DNA of 51,929 nt from Atractiella rhizophila (Eukaryota), in the NCBI GenBank assembly GCA_021432655.1, contig MU271362.1:1-51929 (forward strand), read 5' to 3'. Below are positions 34,528 through 47,261 of this stretch, in pieces. The position numbers were made by a program, and so were the translations under genes. The notes beneath the pieces are model-generated. The model saw only the letters and a program-made list of their open reading frames with translations. It searched no databases and had not been told where the DNA came from. How positions within the stretch are numbered: the stretch's first letter is position 1; every line of letters begins with the position of its first letter.

Positions 34528-36958
34528 TGCATACGTCAGTTCTGGAGATCGAGCTGAAAGTATGTAAGCAGTTTAGCTAATTTCGATAAGGCACTGCAGT
34601 CGAAAACCTCACGTGAAAATGCCACAGGTTCAGTTTCTGGTATGTGCTCGAAATACTCATCAGGCTCTGTCGCTGATGATGACCCGACAGAGGTTACTGA
34701 AACCACTTTATCTGGTACCTTTAAAGAGTTAGAATCTGGTGCACATATCGAGCGTAGAGAAGCGGCCGTTTCCCAAATGTGCCATGGCGGCAGTTGATTC
34801 GGTGCAATCCATTTTGGACATGAAGGAGGATCTAGACGGACGCTGAGCACTATTGCAAAGGCAAAAATGAGAATGACCAGACACACGGAAAGATCACATA
34901 CCACTGCGAGGTCGCTTTGGTGACAGATCAGACTTTTCGTAGAGTTTCTTCGATTTGTTAAATACCCAAGCCTGCCTCTCTCCTGTCTTAGGATGGACAA
35001 CATCAAGAGTGCTGCCTTCTCGCGGGGCGATGATGCCACTGATCATTTCTCTCCAAGCCTCAAAATCAACTGGCGTTCGTTCTAGTTGCCTTTGTGCTCT
35101 CACACGCATCCAACGCTCCAACTGGCAAAACCAGAGTACTGAACCTGACGGAAGCTTTGGCTGCACAGCTCACAAAATGTGAAGGAGGAAGGAGCGAACC
35201 GAGAGGGAGGGTACCACCATTGGGCATGTACTCCAGATCTGGATAGAAAGCATGATTGTAACATCGTCCGGACTGTTCTTATCCATCAACTCCATGGGAA
35301 TGGATACTGAAGATGGTAACGCGTGACGCACGCAGACTTTAGCCTGGTGATTGGGTGGTTGAACTGTTGGGTGTTGATTAGCATTGCACTGATTGTTAAA
35401 ACGAGAGCGTACTGTACTGGGCCCGGTAACTGACATGTCTCTCACATTCGCCTTTACAGTAATCCACGGTGTGTTCACCCTGACAAAGAGCATCGTAGCA
35501 AGCAGGGTCGTAAGGTCTTTCGAAATTTGAGGGGTAATTGGCCTCTGCAACCCTTTGGAAACGCAACATGTTACCTCATAGGCGTTGCGAGCAGGATTGT
35601 CCATAATATATGTAATCTCTACGTGACTTCGAACCTTTGATAATCCCACACCACTCCTTCAGTCGACCTTATTCTGAAGTGTCGACATGTTTGCTATCCT
35701 TTCCTCGGGATCCTTGCTCTCCATTCATTCACCAACGAGTTACCTCGAACTTTGAGCCAATCCTGTGCTCAATTTGACCTCCCTTTGTCAATGTTTGGCC
35801 CACCGCATTTAATAACTTTCATATCGCATTTCATTCGACGAATCAAGACTCGATCAGTGCTGATGTGCACCCCAAGCTTCCTTCAACCTGCTGACCCCCT
35901 TATTTCGCGTAGGAGCGGGAGCGGAAGAAGGGGAAGAGTAAGTGGAGACGGAAGCTCGTAACTTCCCCTCGAGCTTTAAGCTGAATCAACTCCCGATCAC
36001 CGTAACCTTCACTATCACGAGCAGGCATTATATAGAGCTGACTAAGGCAGGCTGCAAATCGTGACTGGGTAGCCGCGAAGGCAGTGGCCATGATCCATCA
36101 AAATAAAACCAGCAAATGAGCCCTGAAAGAGCTAGATGGGGTTTGGGGTCTGGGTACGTTGAGATCTGAGGAGTAAGAGGAGAAGCAAGCTTGTCCCATT
36201 ATATCACTATTACAGTCTAGTTCTGCCGAGCCAAGTCAAATTGTTTCGATGGGTTTTTATGAACAACGTCCCAGCTGTGGTAGTCCTACCCACGAATGCT
36301 GAAAGCAGCAGAAGTATATAGCTCTCTGTACAGTTGCATCGGGGGAGACACAGTTGAAGACGAGCAGGAATATATATTCATCATCGAAAGGAAAGAATGC
36401 TAACTAAGAAGCCTGATCGTGCCTTTACCTTTCCATCATCAGTTACGGACCGTCGATGTGTGAAGTTGTAAACGCTATCCAGGCCATTTGATCAAGGTCC
36501 TTGGCAAACCGACATTCCACTCCTTGACCGCCATTGCATATCCTATACGCCGTGGTACATTGAGCGGTGACGATCTCAGAGGAGCCGGAGCGCAATCATT
36601 CAACAAACCGATCAGTGTTGGTTCTACTGTAAGCTTGGCAAGTTCTACTGCAAGGAGAAGGTTTTACCGAAGTAGCCAGGAGAGCTGAGGGGCCGTTATT
36701 CCAACAACGATCCTCATTTAAATCTCCAACCCTTTTCAGTTGTTGGCGCAATGAGCAAAGGTTTACTTTTACCGCCAACCCCACTTTCTCACTGGCTTGT
36801 ATATTGACTGTCGCTGGAACTCTCCTTCACCAGACGGCGTGTTGCCTCCTCCACCTACCTCAGTCCGTCGGTGTCTTGGCTCCTCGCGCTCCTCACTTGG
36901 TTAATATATTGTCTGGACGCGGGCGACGATGTCAGCCGAGATGTATCCCGGAAGTAGG

Positions 36959-36965
36959 TATAAAA
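36959..36965 (+). promoter_or_regulatory. TATA box of the peptide gene (second copy at 39005-39011)
   Basis: TATAAAA beginning 65 nt upstream of the ATG. Confidence 0.6.
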
Positions 36966-37023
36966 GGATCGTTGGCTGAGCCAACCCGCCAAAATCAATT
37001 GATATTAGCTGAAAAGAAACAAA

Positions 37024-37293
37024 ATGAGATTCACTACCGTTACTTCCTTCCTCACTGTCATCCTTGCTGCTCAAGCACTCGTTCCAGTAAGCTGCCTCTT
37101 CAAAAACGCGACGTGTTACTGATATCTATCATAGTGGTGCAACTGCCCTAGTTCGTGGTTTCTCTTACGAATTGCATAACCGATGAATGATTCTTGCACA
37201 ACAGCTGGCGTTGCCTGCTCCGGTGAAGCTTGCACTGCTGCACAGTTGGCTGCTGGATGTACCACGAAGTGGGATACTGGTGTTGGATGTTAA
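37024..37293 (+). CDS. Small secreted cysteine-rich peptide, 55 aa, copy 1
   Basis: Exons 37024-37086, 37135-37150, 37205-37293 with GT-AG introns give MRFTTVTSFLTVILAAQALVPWCNCPTGVACSGEACTAAQLAAGCTTKWDTGVGC; signal peptide plus 6 Cys. Confidence 0.82.
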
Positions 37294-37681
37294 GAGACTG
37301 AAGTTCGTTGATTCCTCCCTCATTGACGTCTGAAGCTCAATTCCGTGCTCTCACCGAATCAAGTGTCAATCAAGCGATGAATCTGATGTAGATTCTGATG
37401 GAATTCATGTTTTGTTGCACGCGTCAAATTGTGCCATCGCTTTGCGACCTGAGTCGGGTCCTACATCAGGACATCGTAATTTGAGGTTGGATGGACACTG
37501 TAGACGAAAACTTCGTACAGGTTTCCATACTAGCAGCTATTCAAACTCATTCCAGCGTCTCCAATACTTCCGAGGCAGCAGCAAGGAGGAGCGATTCTCT
37601 CGATGCTATGAAAGTATCAAGACGTGATCCGAAGTTCAGAGAAGGGTTCTCAAGAGTAGTGATAATTATGCTGCATCTCAA

Positions 37682-38832
37682 CTACCAACAGCTCTCCCCA
37701 GAGGCCGAATAAACGCCATCCTGGTAAGGCCAGATGCGCTCAAACTTTTGGCGCGTCATCTTCTCTTTTGCCTGCTCCCAACATTCTTCTTTGAACTCCT
37801 CCAAGGATTTCTTTGCCTCCTCATATTCGTCCTCGTCCACCCTGCCTTCTCCATCGCCGCAATTAACCAGAAGCTGAGACGCGACAGATTCCCAACCTTC
37901 GATCATATCCACCTCCTCCGATTCGCTCTCAAGTACCGCTCTTTCTTCCTCAGAGAAAGAGACAGGACAGTGTGCACCGTTTCCAAACAAAGCTGGCCAA
38001 ACGTCAGATAGCTGGATCAGGCACCGACGCAAATGGAGGAGGGAATGCTGGTTCCAAGTACCGGTAATAAGGTCAAAGGGACCTTTGAAAATGCAAGCAT
38101 CCTCATCAAACAGCCCCTGGCGCAACTGTGGATAGGGAGACAGGAATGCGAGATATACCTTGTGCAAACGTGCCTGCCACATTTCTCGCAAGACCACCTT
38201 CTGCAGTTCTTCGTCGAGCTCGCGAAGTTTTCGGGTTTCTGCGGCCTTGTAAGGCCGTCTGGTAAGGAGACTAGGCCGGATGCACTACCTTGCCAGTCAA
38301 AATGACGCGGAACCTTCGCCTGTAGGAAGAGCGGTGCGATCGTGGTCGACTGCCAATCAAGGACGGCAGCGATTTTTGGAACAGCTTCGGCGTTGTTGAT
38401 AACAATATTAGCTGGTGATAGATCTGGATGATGGAGTGCTTTTGAGAGGATTGGAGGTGGAATAGTGCTGACAAGCTTTGGAAGTAACTTCTCGAGAGCC
38501 AGAAGTGTGTTGATATGGATATTAGGATCGTTTTGTGAGCCATCACGAAACATGGGATCGGAATTATCATGAGGAGAGGCGGTTTTGAGATACTGGATCT
38601 CATTCCTAATTATTGCGGTGAAGTAATCTATCGGTGAAGTCCCTGAAGCCGTGATTCAGTGAATGTGAGGAGATAATGGAGATGCGCTACAAGGTCCTCT
38701 ATCTAACCCTAACGATCCCTTCCCGGCCCAGAATTCACGACTGACAATGGGACCGATTCTGAAATCGTTGGAAATGTCATCATCCGGGACATCGTCACCG
38801 TCGTACAAGCGACGGCGTTGGAGGGATTCATC
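37682..38832 (-). pseudogene. 5'-truncated, frameshifted duplicate of the kinase-like gene
   Basis: Lacks the N-lobe; 1-bp deletion near 38222 relative to the intact copy. Confidence 0.9.
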
Positions 38833-39069
38833 ACTCACTGGCTTGTATGTTGACTGTCGCTGGAACTCTCCTTCACCAGACGGCGTGTTGCCTCCTCCAC
38901 CTACCTCAGTCCGTCGGTGTCTTGGCTCCTCGCGCTCCTCACTTGGTTAATATATTGTCTGGAGGCGGGCGACGATGTCAGCCGAGATGTATCCCGGAAG
39001 TAGGTATAAAAGGATCGTTGGCTGAGCCAACCCGCCAAAATCAATTGATATTAGCTGAAAAGAAACAAA

Positions 39070-39339
39070 ATGAGATTCACTACCGTTGCTTCCTTCCTCA
39101 CTGTCATCCTTGCTGCTCAAGCACTCGTTCCAGTAAGCTGCCTCTTCAACAACGCGATGTGTTCCTGATATCTATCATAGTGGTGCAACTGCCCTGGTTC
39201 GTGGTTTCTCTTACGAATTGCATAACCGATGAATGATTCTTGCACAACAGCTGGCGTTGCCTGCTCCGGTGAAGCTTGCACTGCTGCCCAGTTGGCTGCT
39301 GGATGTACCACGAAGTGGGATACTGGTGTTGGATGTTAA
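39070..39339 (+). CDS. Small secreted cysteine-rich peptide, 55 aa, copy 2
   Basis: Same three-exon structure; differs by T7A, T27A and one synonymous change. Confidence 0.82.
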
Positions 39340-39729
39340 GAGACTGAAGTTCGTTGATTCCTCCCTCATTGACGTCTGAAGCTCAATTCCGTGCTCTCAC
39401 CGAATCAAGTGTCAATCAAGCGATGAATCTGATGTAGATTCTGATGGAATTCATGTTCTGTTACACGCGTCAAATTGTGCCATCGCTTTGCGACCTGAGT
39501 CGGGTCCTACATCAGGACATCGTAATTTGAGGTTGGATGGACACTGTAGACGAAAACTTCGTACAGGTTTCCATACTAGCAGCTATTCAAACTCATTCCA
39601 CACCGTCTCCAATACTTCCGAGGCAGCAGCAAGGAGGAGCGATTCTCTCGATGCTATGAAAGTATCAAGACGTGATCCGAAGTTCAGAGAAGGGTTCTCA
39701 AGAGTAGTGATAATTATGCTGCATCTCAA

Positions 39730-41662
39730 CTACCAACAGCTCTCCCCAGAGGCCGAATAAACGCCATCCTGGTAAGGCCAGATGCGCTCAAACTTTTGGC
39801 GCGTCATCTTCTCTTTTGCCTGCTCCCAACATTCTTCTTTGAACTCCTCCAAGGATTTCTTTGCCTCCTCATATTCGTCCTCGTCCACCCTGCCTTCTCC
39901 ATCGCCGCAATTAACCAGAAGCTGAGACGCGACAGATTCCCAACCTTCGATCATATCCACCTCCTCCGATTCGCTCTCAAGTACCGCTCTTTCTTCCTCA
40001 GAGAAAGAGACAGGACAGTGTGCACCGTTTCCAAACAAAGCTGGCCAAACGTCAGATAGCTGGATCAGGCATCGGCGCAAATGGAGGAGGGAATGCTGGT
40101 TCCAAGTACCGGTAATAAGGTCAAAGGGACCTTTGAAAATGCAAGCATCCTCATCGAACAGCCCCTGGCGCAACTGTGGATAGGGAGACAGGAATGCGAG
40201 ATATACCTTGTGCAAACGTGCCTGCCACATTTCTCGCAAGACCACCTTCTGCAATTCTTCGTCGAGCTCGTCGAAGTTTTCAGGTTTCTGCGGGCTTGTA
40301 AGGCCGTCCGGTAAGGAGACTAGGCCGGATGCACTACCTTGCCAGTCAAAATGACGCGGAACCTTCGCCTGTAGGAAGAGCGGTGCGATCGTGGTCGACT
40401 GCCAATCAAGGACGGCAGCGATTTTTGGAACAGCTTCGGCGTTGTTGATAACAATATTAGCTGGTGATAGATCTGGATGATGGAGTGCTTTTGAGAGGAT
40501 TGGAGGTGGAATAGTGCTGACAAGCTTTGGAAGTAACTTCTCGAGAGCCAGAAGTGTGTTGATATGGATATTAGGATCGTTTTGTGAGCCATCACGAAAC
40601 ATGGGATCGGAATTATCATGAGGAGAGGCGGTTTTGAGATACTGGATCTCATTCCTAATTATTGCGGTGAAGTAATCTATCGGTGAAGTCCCTGAAGCCG
40701 TGATTCAGTGAATGTGAGGAGATAATGGAGATGCGCTACAAGGTCCTCTATCTAACCCTAACGATCCCTTCCCGGCCCAGAATTCACGACTGACAATGGG
40801 ACCGATTCTGAAATCGTTGGAAATGTCATCATCCGGGACATCGTCACCGTCGTACAAGCGACGGCGTTGGAGGGATTCATCGACGTCCTTTTTGAAATAA
40901 AGACTTCCGATTTGAGAAAACGACAGTGTTGACCATTGATTCTGCATGCCAATGGTATCTTGAATGATCCTGCCCAAGCGTTTGCTATCCAATAATTTTT
41001 CGGGTAAGTGGTGTGTTAGCAGGTCACCTTGCACAAATTCGTAAAGGATGTATTCGGATCCAACGGAGTCACTGGAAGCGTCGCAGTTCCAAGCAACAAC
41101 ATTTGGGACGGGAAGTTTGAATTTTCGGCGGACGAAAGACATCGTAGCAACTTCGCTCTGCGTTAAGAGTTTCTTCGGACCTGCGTTTGGGAAAGGAAGA
41201 CGGGCGACGAGCTTTTGTCCTGCTTGGAAGCTTAGCAGAAAAAGACGGTTGTTGCTTCCTGCAATTCTCAAGTCAGCACTTATGAGAAGGAATGCGCAAG
41301 AGAAAAGAGTACCTTCAGCAAGAGGTTCGAGTGATGTGCAGGCTTCAGGAGTAAGCCCAAGCGCTTTACAGCCTGTGGCTTTCAAGGCATCAACATTGAA
41401 TTCAATGTGACGAAGGTGCTTTTCTGTTGAAGTTACATCAGTCAAGTATCAATTATTAATAGAAAAAAGGTAGCGGAGCACGGTGATCCTCGTTGTAGAG
41501 CCAGCGTGCCTTTGTATCGAAGAGATACGGTTCTGTTCCACTTTTCAGAGTATCTCCCTGAGGACAGACACACTACTCGCCGTGTTTAAGCAACGAGCTC
41601 ACGGCGCGTCTGGCTGTGGTACCAATTGAAAGCGAAACTTGGAAGAGGTGTTTGGACATCAT
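39730..41662 (-). CDS. Protein-kinase-like phosphotransferase (APH-like, Aim9/Fmp29 family), multi-exon
   Basis: FDTKARWLYNE, GSNNRLF, VARLPFPNAGP, SEVATMSFVR, VGSEYILYE, FSQIGSLYF, LDRGPW, HPDLSPANI, VLDWQ. First exon (ATG at 41662) is inferred. Confidence 0.88.
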
Positions 41663-42049
41663 CTGTGTCGTAGAGGGGTTCAGTTTGAAAGGAAGCGAGA
41701 ATGTAAGACGGACATAAATTCCCTGATTAGAATACCCCCATCCCATTCTGGACAAGATGACCAACAGATCGCGTCAAGAAGGAATGCATGCGGTCACAAT
41801 GAATTCATGGTCGATAGAAATTAGCTGACAGCGTTTAAGTCATGCAATTTGGCTCGAGAAGATGAACAAGCGACGTCAATTTGTTCCACTGGCACTGTTC
41901 CTCCATACGCAGACTGCAAGCATTGTAGAACCCTTGAGGATACACATATCGATGTGATACTTCCTGCTGACTTCTCAGGACAAGCAGTTCACAGACTTGC
42001 TGCATCTCCCAGAACAACTTCCTCAAAAGCACAGAATACAGTCCAGTAA

Positions 42050-45000
42050 AGCCCTGTGGAAAGTCCAGGCCGGTTTTTTGAAGGATTACCAGTTCTGGTT
42101 TTTTACCACAGTCCACTCCGGTGAAGTTGCAAGAATACCAGGTGGCAATCCAGGGTAATTCAAAAGGGAGGACTGGTAAATTACCAGAGAGAGTGGAGCG
42201 GGGATGAAAGGACCACACCTCGGTTTCCAGTGCTCCAGACTGGTTATTTACTTGTGTCCAGACTGGACTCCAACAGGTAAATAACCAATTATTTTACCAT
42301 CTCACCCAGTTTCTGTTCGATATTCTCACAGGGACTCCTTATTTGATTACCGGGCACGGTATTCTCAAAATCGCCGCTCTTGCTCACATATTCTCGCAGA
42401 AATATTGTTATGAAAAGAGAAATGATAATTGCAACCCGATGTTGTGTGAATCCCTGGTTCCCTCTAGACACAGGCTATCAGCCTAGCCACAAACAAAGCA
42501 AGTAAGTCGAAGGAAGACAAGCAAGAGAGCACGAACGGAGCCTGCTTTAGCAATCTGCTAATACGACACCTTCACCTTCGCCTTCACCTTCACCTTTCCA
42601 CCATTCACACACCCCCTCGTCCGCCTTCTGTTGCCTCTATCCTGCTTCCACTCCGACTCCTTTCCAAGGCACAATAACGATCTGCATGACCGAGTAACGA
42701 GTAATTAGAAGAAGACAACATTGAACCACCATGAAAATGAAGAGGACAAACCTTGGTACAGTTTCTTGCGCATCGCCGTCGGAGCTTCCTCTTGCGCTTC
42801 GCGTCCTCCAAGTCCTTGTACAAAACTCGCTCGAACATCTCGATTGCTACAAATGAAGCCTACACCCGAGTTAGAGGCAGAAGACGACGAAGGTACTGAC
42901 ATGACACAAGAATGAAGGTACTAACCTTCAACTGCTCATCACCAATACCCGGTCTGCTGCTCCACTACTCTCTTGACGTATTATCGGCTCGATTGGGATG
43001 AGGGTTCCTTGCATAAACGTAAGACAAACGAGTTCGAAGTTGTCTGCGAGAAGGCGAACCGAGATGGGCCGAAAGTGCAAAATGAGTGTTTGAAGGAATC
43101 TAAGGAATAAGGAATGTTATCAGCGTATGTCAAACGTTTGAAGCAAGGCAAAAACGTAAGTCCCCCCTCCGCGGAACAGCTACACTTTCGAACCAAACCA
43201 AAGTTCGCGAAAACGATTTCCACGCCCACAAAACCATACTATATATTCTAAAACACTCACAGAGTGTGAAGATGCGGCTAGAGCACCTTCCCATCCCCTT
43301 GTACGCGTTCACTACATTCCTTCGAATTCCTTCACTCCGAGACCTTCCCATCAACCGACGCGTCGCTACTTAGCTCGAGACATAAGAACCATCTAAGAAT
43401 CCACATTCATTTGTCATAAAGGAGACCTGATGTTGAAATGGCATCGAATGTTCATCGAGGCGGGGTTCCCAAAAAGTGCTGAAGGCGAGGAAAAAAACGC
43501 GTTTTTCGCGTCAAAAACCTGCGATGGGGTGGGAACGAGATGGGGGGATGTCGATATCGATTTAGGAGGAGGATGCACGGGAATAATGCCGTTTGAGGGA
43601 GTCGAGGAGGAGTCGAGTTCGTCGATTTTGAAGTTTCAGCACGGTCTGAGACAAATGTGGCCAAACAATCCTCGAGCAGACGACGGACAGCAAGTCCTCA
43701 ACTCAACAACAGCTCCAGCTCCAGCGTAGCCTGAGCACCCTCAAGTACCTGAGTCAAACTATTCGAAAGAAGGGCGGAAGATTGATGATCTGAGGTGGAG
43801 GGGTGGCGAGGTGATTCTCTGGTGTGTTTCTTGTTGACTTGACAGAGAAGTCGAAAAAGGGTAGCGTCTGCATTGTGGCCTGGGCATCTGTGCGGTGACA
43901 GGCGTTTACAGATGCGAAGTTTGCACTTTGGAGACTTCTCTGTGCAAGGAAGTTCGATTCTCACTTTGTCTGATTGCAGCGCTGTCGCTGTGCAGCAGAG
44001 GGGCACAGGTATCTTCCTCATCTGCCTATGCCTATACCTACCACAGCCTACCACGACGAGCAGCCCTTTTTGACGATGGACGGCGCTCTCGAATTAACTT
44101 CAGCCCATAACGATGACTCCATCCTCCAGCACTGTGCCTAAGCAGAAGAAGATCCTCATGTCTGTGGACTGAGAGCTATTGCAACAGTTTTGTAAAAGAC
44201 AGAGAATTTCCTTCTGCTTTGGTACAGTATCTGGAGGTGTACAGGATTGGGATCTTTATCTGGTATGGTCTTCCTCCGGTTTTTTTCTCTCTGCTGAAGA
44301 TTTCTTGTGTTCGGTAGCTCTCATGCTCTCAATCGTCTCCGCCATGACTTTCCCCTCGCCATCTATCATCTTGCCACCGCCCATCTTTTGTGGCTTCACA
44401 ACGATGCCTCTCCACCTCTCCCGCTCCCTTTCCGCAGGAGCAGAATCTTCCGAGGTGTGGATGTGGATGGACAAAGTGCTGGTCTATTGGCCAAGTTCTC
44501 TCCCGTCTCGGAACTTGTTGAGGGCTACGACATGTCGATGGCCGCCTGATGCCGAGAGATGGATCACAGAGATAAACCTCAATAAGCTAAGTTCTTTCTT
44601 TTGCTCAGGCATTAATATAACTCGTTTGTTTTGTAGTCCCGACTCCGCTTTGCCAGGGCCCACTTGCTCTCCCTTCCATTGCTGTTATCATATCAATCCG
44701 AAATCAGCTCCTCAGTGCGTAATGTAAGTATAAGAAGAATAGGGAAAAGCGAACCTTTCCTTCCGTAACATCCCTCAGACAGACCGTCAGTCCCTCTCTC
44801 TCATCCTCCTCTGCCTTTCCCGCCTCCCAAACCTCCATCACCGCTCCAACCATCTTCTTGAGCAAGAAGCATGGACAACTTTCCATGCTTCTTGCTCAAC
44901 GCCTGAACCTGCTCCTTCAGTTCATTCCAGTCTCTCCTTTCACTCAACAACTTCACGATCACCAAAAGCATTCGTGTCGTCGAAGGCTGGTCAGATGCCG

Positions 45001-45476
45001 AACTGGTTTGTTTTTCGAGAGCGAGAAGGGCGGAAAGCGCTTCTTAGACCTGTAAAATTCTCTATTCAGCATGTTTTGAGCCCTGATAAGTAGAGAAATC
45101 GCGACAAACATTGGGAATGGCTAGCAATTCATATCAGCTCGTCCACCTGGCTCGCGAAATCAGCATGCAGCAGTTAGTTCAGCCTGGCATTTCTGCTCCA
45201 AGGAACAACTACTCACCGAGGTGAGTGTACTACTTGATCCTGATTGAACTCGCGGTGGCGTCGCAGTGGTTTTGCCTGCAGAAATGCGAATCATTGAATA
45301 CTGGCTTCCCAGTAAAAAACAGCTAAAAAAACCTGTTTACTCACCAGTAAAAACCAGGCTCGACGTTCCCGCTTTCTCGCCGGGTATTGGTTCATTTTTA
45401 CCAGCCTTGCCCAGGTAAATTACCGGCACTAAAAACCAGTGGTCAAAAAAAACTGGCCTGGACTGTTCACAGGGCT
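42050..45476. mobile_element. Segment bracketed by ~32-bp inverted repeats: possible non-autonomous TIR element, or two MITE relics
   Basis: AGCCCTGTGGAAAGTCCAGGCCGGTTTTTTGA at 42050 vs TCAAAAAAAACTGGCCTGGACTGTTCACAGGGCT ending 45476; shared subterminal GGTAAATTACC motif; no clean TSD; no transposase recognised. Confidence 0.5.
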
Positions 45477-46429
45477 AATCTACCGGAGCCGCCATCTCTT
45501 CAATTCCTCACTGTCCCGCGTTTAGTCTTCCTTCCCTGCTCAGCCTTCCTCCTTGCCTCCTGTCACCTTGAACCAACCTGACCCAATGCTCTCCTTGCAC
45601 CTCAGAGCTCGAAAGCAGCCCTCGACATTGCTGCTTCTATCACCATGGTTGGCTGTCTACCGAACTAGGAAGGATTGCACGATCAGTATGAGCGAATGGT
45701 TGGGGATAGAAACTGAAGCTTGAATAGTAGTCCGACGATCATCTTTTGCGGATGGATGAAAGGCGGCGCAAGGATCGAGAGCGAGAGGTTGCCTAACCCA
45801 AGCACTCCAATGTACCGGACCTGTCAGTTGCTGCCACCCACCTACGTCGAGGAGTTGAATCAAATTCTGGACGGAGGGAAGTCGTTCCTCATCCGTGATA
45901 ATCCTGGCGGCAGAGCCGGAGTGGAACGAGTGGAGAATAGACGGGAATGCTCACGATCACACAAAGCCTTGATTGCTTAGTCTACACCAACGATTCCGTT
46001 TACGCCAAGGATGCGAAGAACAGAGGGGAATGAGGAGAAGGAAGAGATCGTCAAACGCTTCGTCATCGGTTTGCAAGGTAGACTCACAATCAAGGTTGCA
46101 GATTATCACCACATCTGCTTCTCTTGTGAGTGGAAAGCGGGGAACCGCCCCACGGAAGAGAGGGAGAAGGAGGCAGAGGGCAGATTATACACTTAGTAGC
46201 GAAGGTGGAGGTTGTCATCGATGTCGAGGAGGAAGCGGATCGCAAACTCAACAACAGAATGTACCCGCCAGCAGAGTTCAGACGCAGCTTGGGACGCTTA
46301 TGAGGGACTTGAGCCAGATGAAGAGCAGCTGTTCGCCAATACGACGTGGAGAAGGCCCATGAGACCTTGAAAGGTAGTGAGTGTTTTAACATCTTATGGC
46401 AGGTTGGCTAATTCTAGTGTACCGTGGAA
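45475..46429 (+). repeat. 955-bp direct repeat, copy 1
   Basis: Matches 48395-49349 at offset 2920; one substitution noticed (46398/49318). Confidence 0.95.
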
Positions 46430-47261
46430 ACATCTTTACGGGCACTGCCTCCCACATTTACGAAGAGTTCGTTGAACAGAACAGAAAGTGCGTGTTTTTG
46501 CCACAGACACTTGTGTCACGCCAACTGTGGTTTAGTTGGCTGGGGTTAGACGATAGGACTGAGCGGTCGCGCAGAGGTGAACATCTCGGTGCGAGAAAGC
46601 ACTCTTGTGCAATGTAGACAGAAAGGACTCGATTCGGCTGCAGTTGAACCCCTCAGTCAGTAAATCAGCTAAGATTGAAATCAGTGAAGATCCATGACAG
46701 AGCATTTACGTTCAATCCCTCCATCCACCCCATCCACTGCCTCCTGGCACTCCGTGTTCTCCCTCATCAGCATTGTTGGCTCTTTGCTCACGCTTGTTCT
46801 TCCCCCTTCCGTACTCCTCCTTATTACAGTTCTGCGTTCCTATTTCCCTTAGACTTTCGACAGTAAGACCTACGGCCAGCTACTTTGAAATGGAACTAGG
46901 ACCACCAGGTGGTTTTAAAGTTCGCATTGAGGGAGCCAGAACTGGGGGGGATGCTGGCGCTGAGGTGGTTTCTATGTGTCAATAAAGCAAGGGCCGCTTT
47001 TATTTCTTTGCGATTGTTATGAGGCGTAAACCTGGAAAGTGGTCCTCACAGCATGGGCGGGGATTGTCATTGAAAACCGCTGGCGAATGAGAGTTCGACG
47101 TTGTTTGTACGGTCGCTAGAAATTTAGGGGTCTTTTGGAACGTCCATGCTCTGCGTAATGACTAGCAGGGTTTAGACACGCCTCCTATAGCAATCAATGG
47201 GAAGGAACCGCAGTTAGTCACAAGGGGATTTAGACATTGCAGATTCAAAACAGACAGCGAC

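Larger units (their letters stand above)
36788..40881. repeat. Tandem duplication of ~2.05 kb (36788-38832 and 38834-40881)
   Basis: Near-identical copies with scattered SNPs and two small indels; offset changes from 2046 to 2049. Confidence 0.97.

Noticed and set aside
36804..37151. 115-aa and 129-aa ORF-track calls over the peptide loci
   Set aside because: Non-ATG starts running through promoter and intron sequence; the spliced peptide model explains the region better.
45479..46417. 955-bp repeat as a Helitron (TC start, CTAG near end)
   Set aside because: Identity between copies extends beyond both putative ends and there is no convincing subterminal hairpin.
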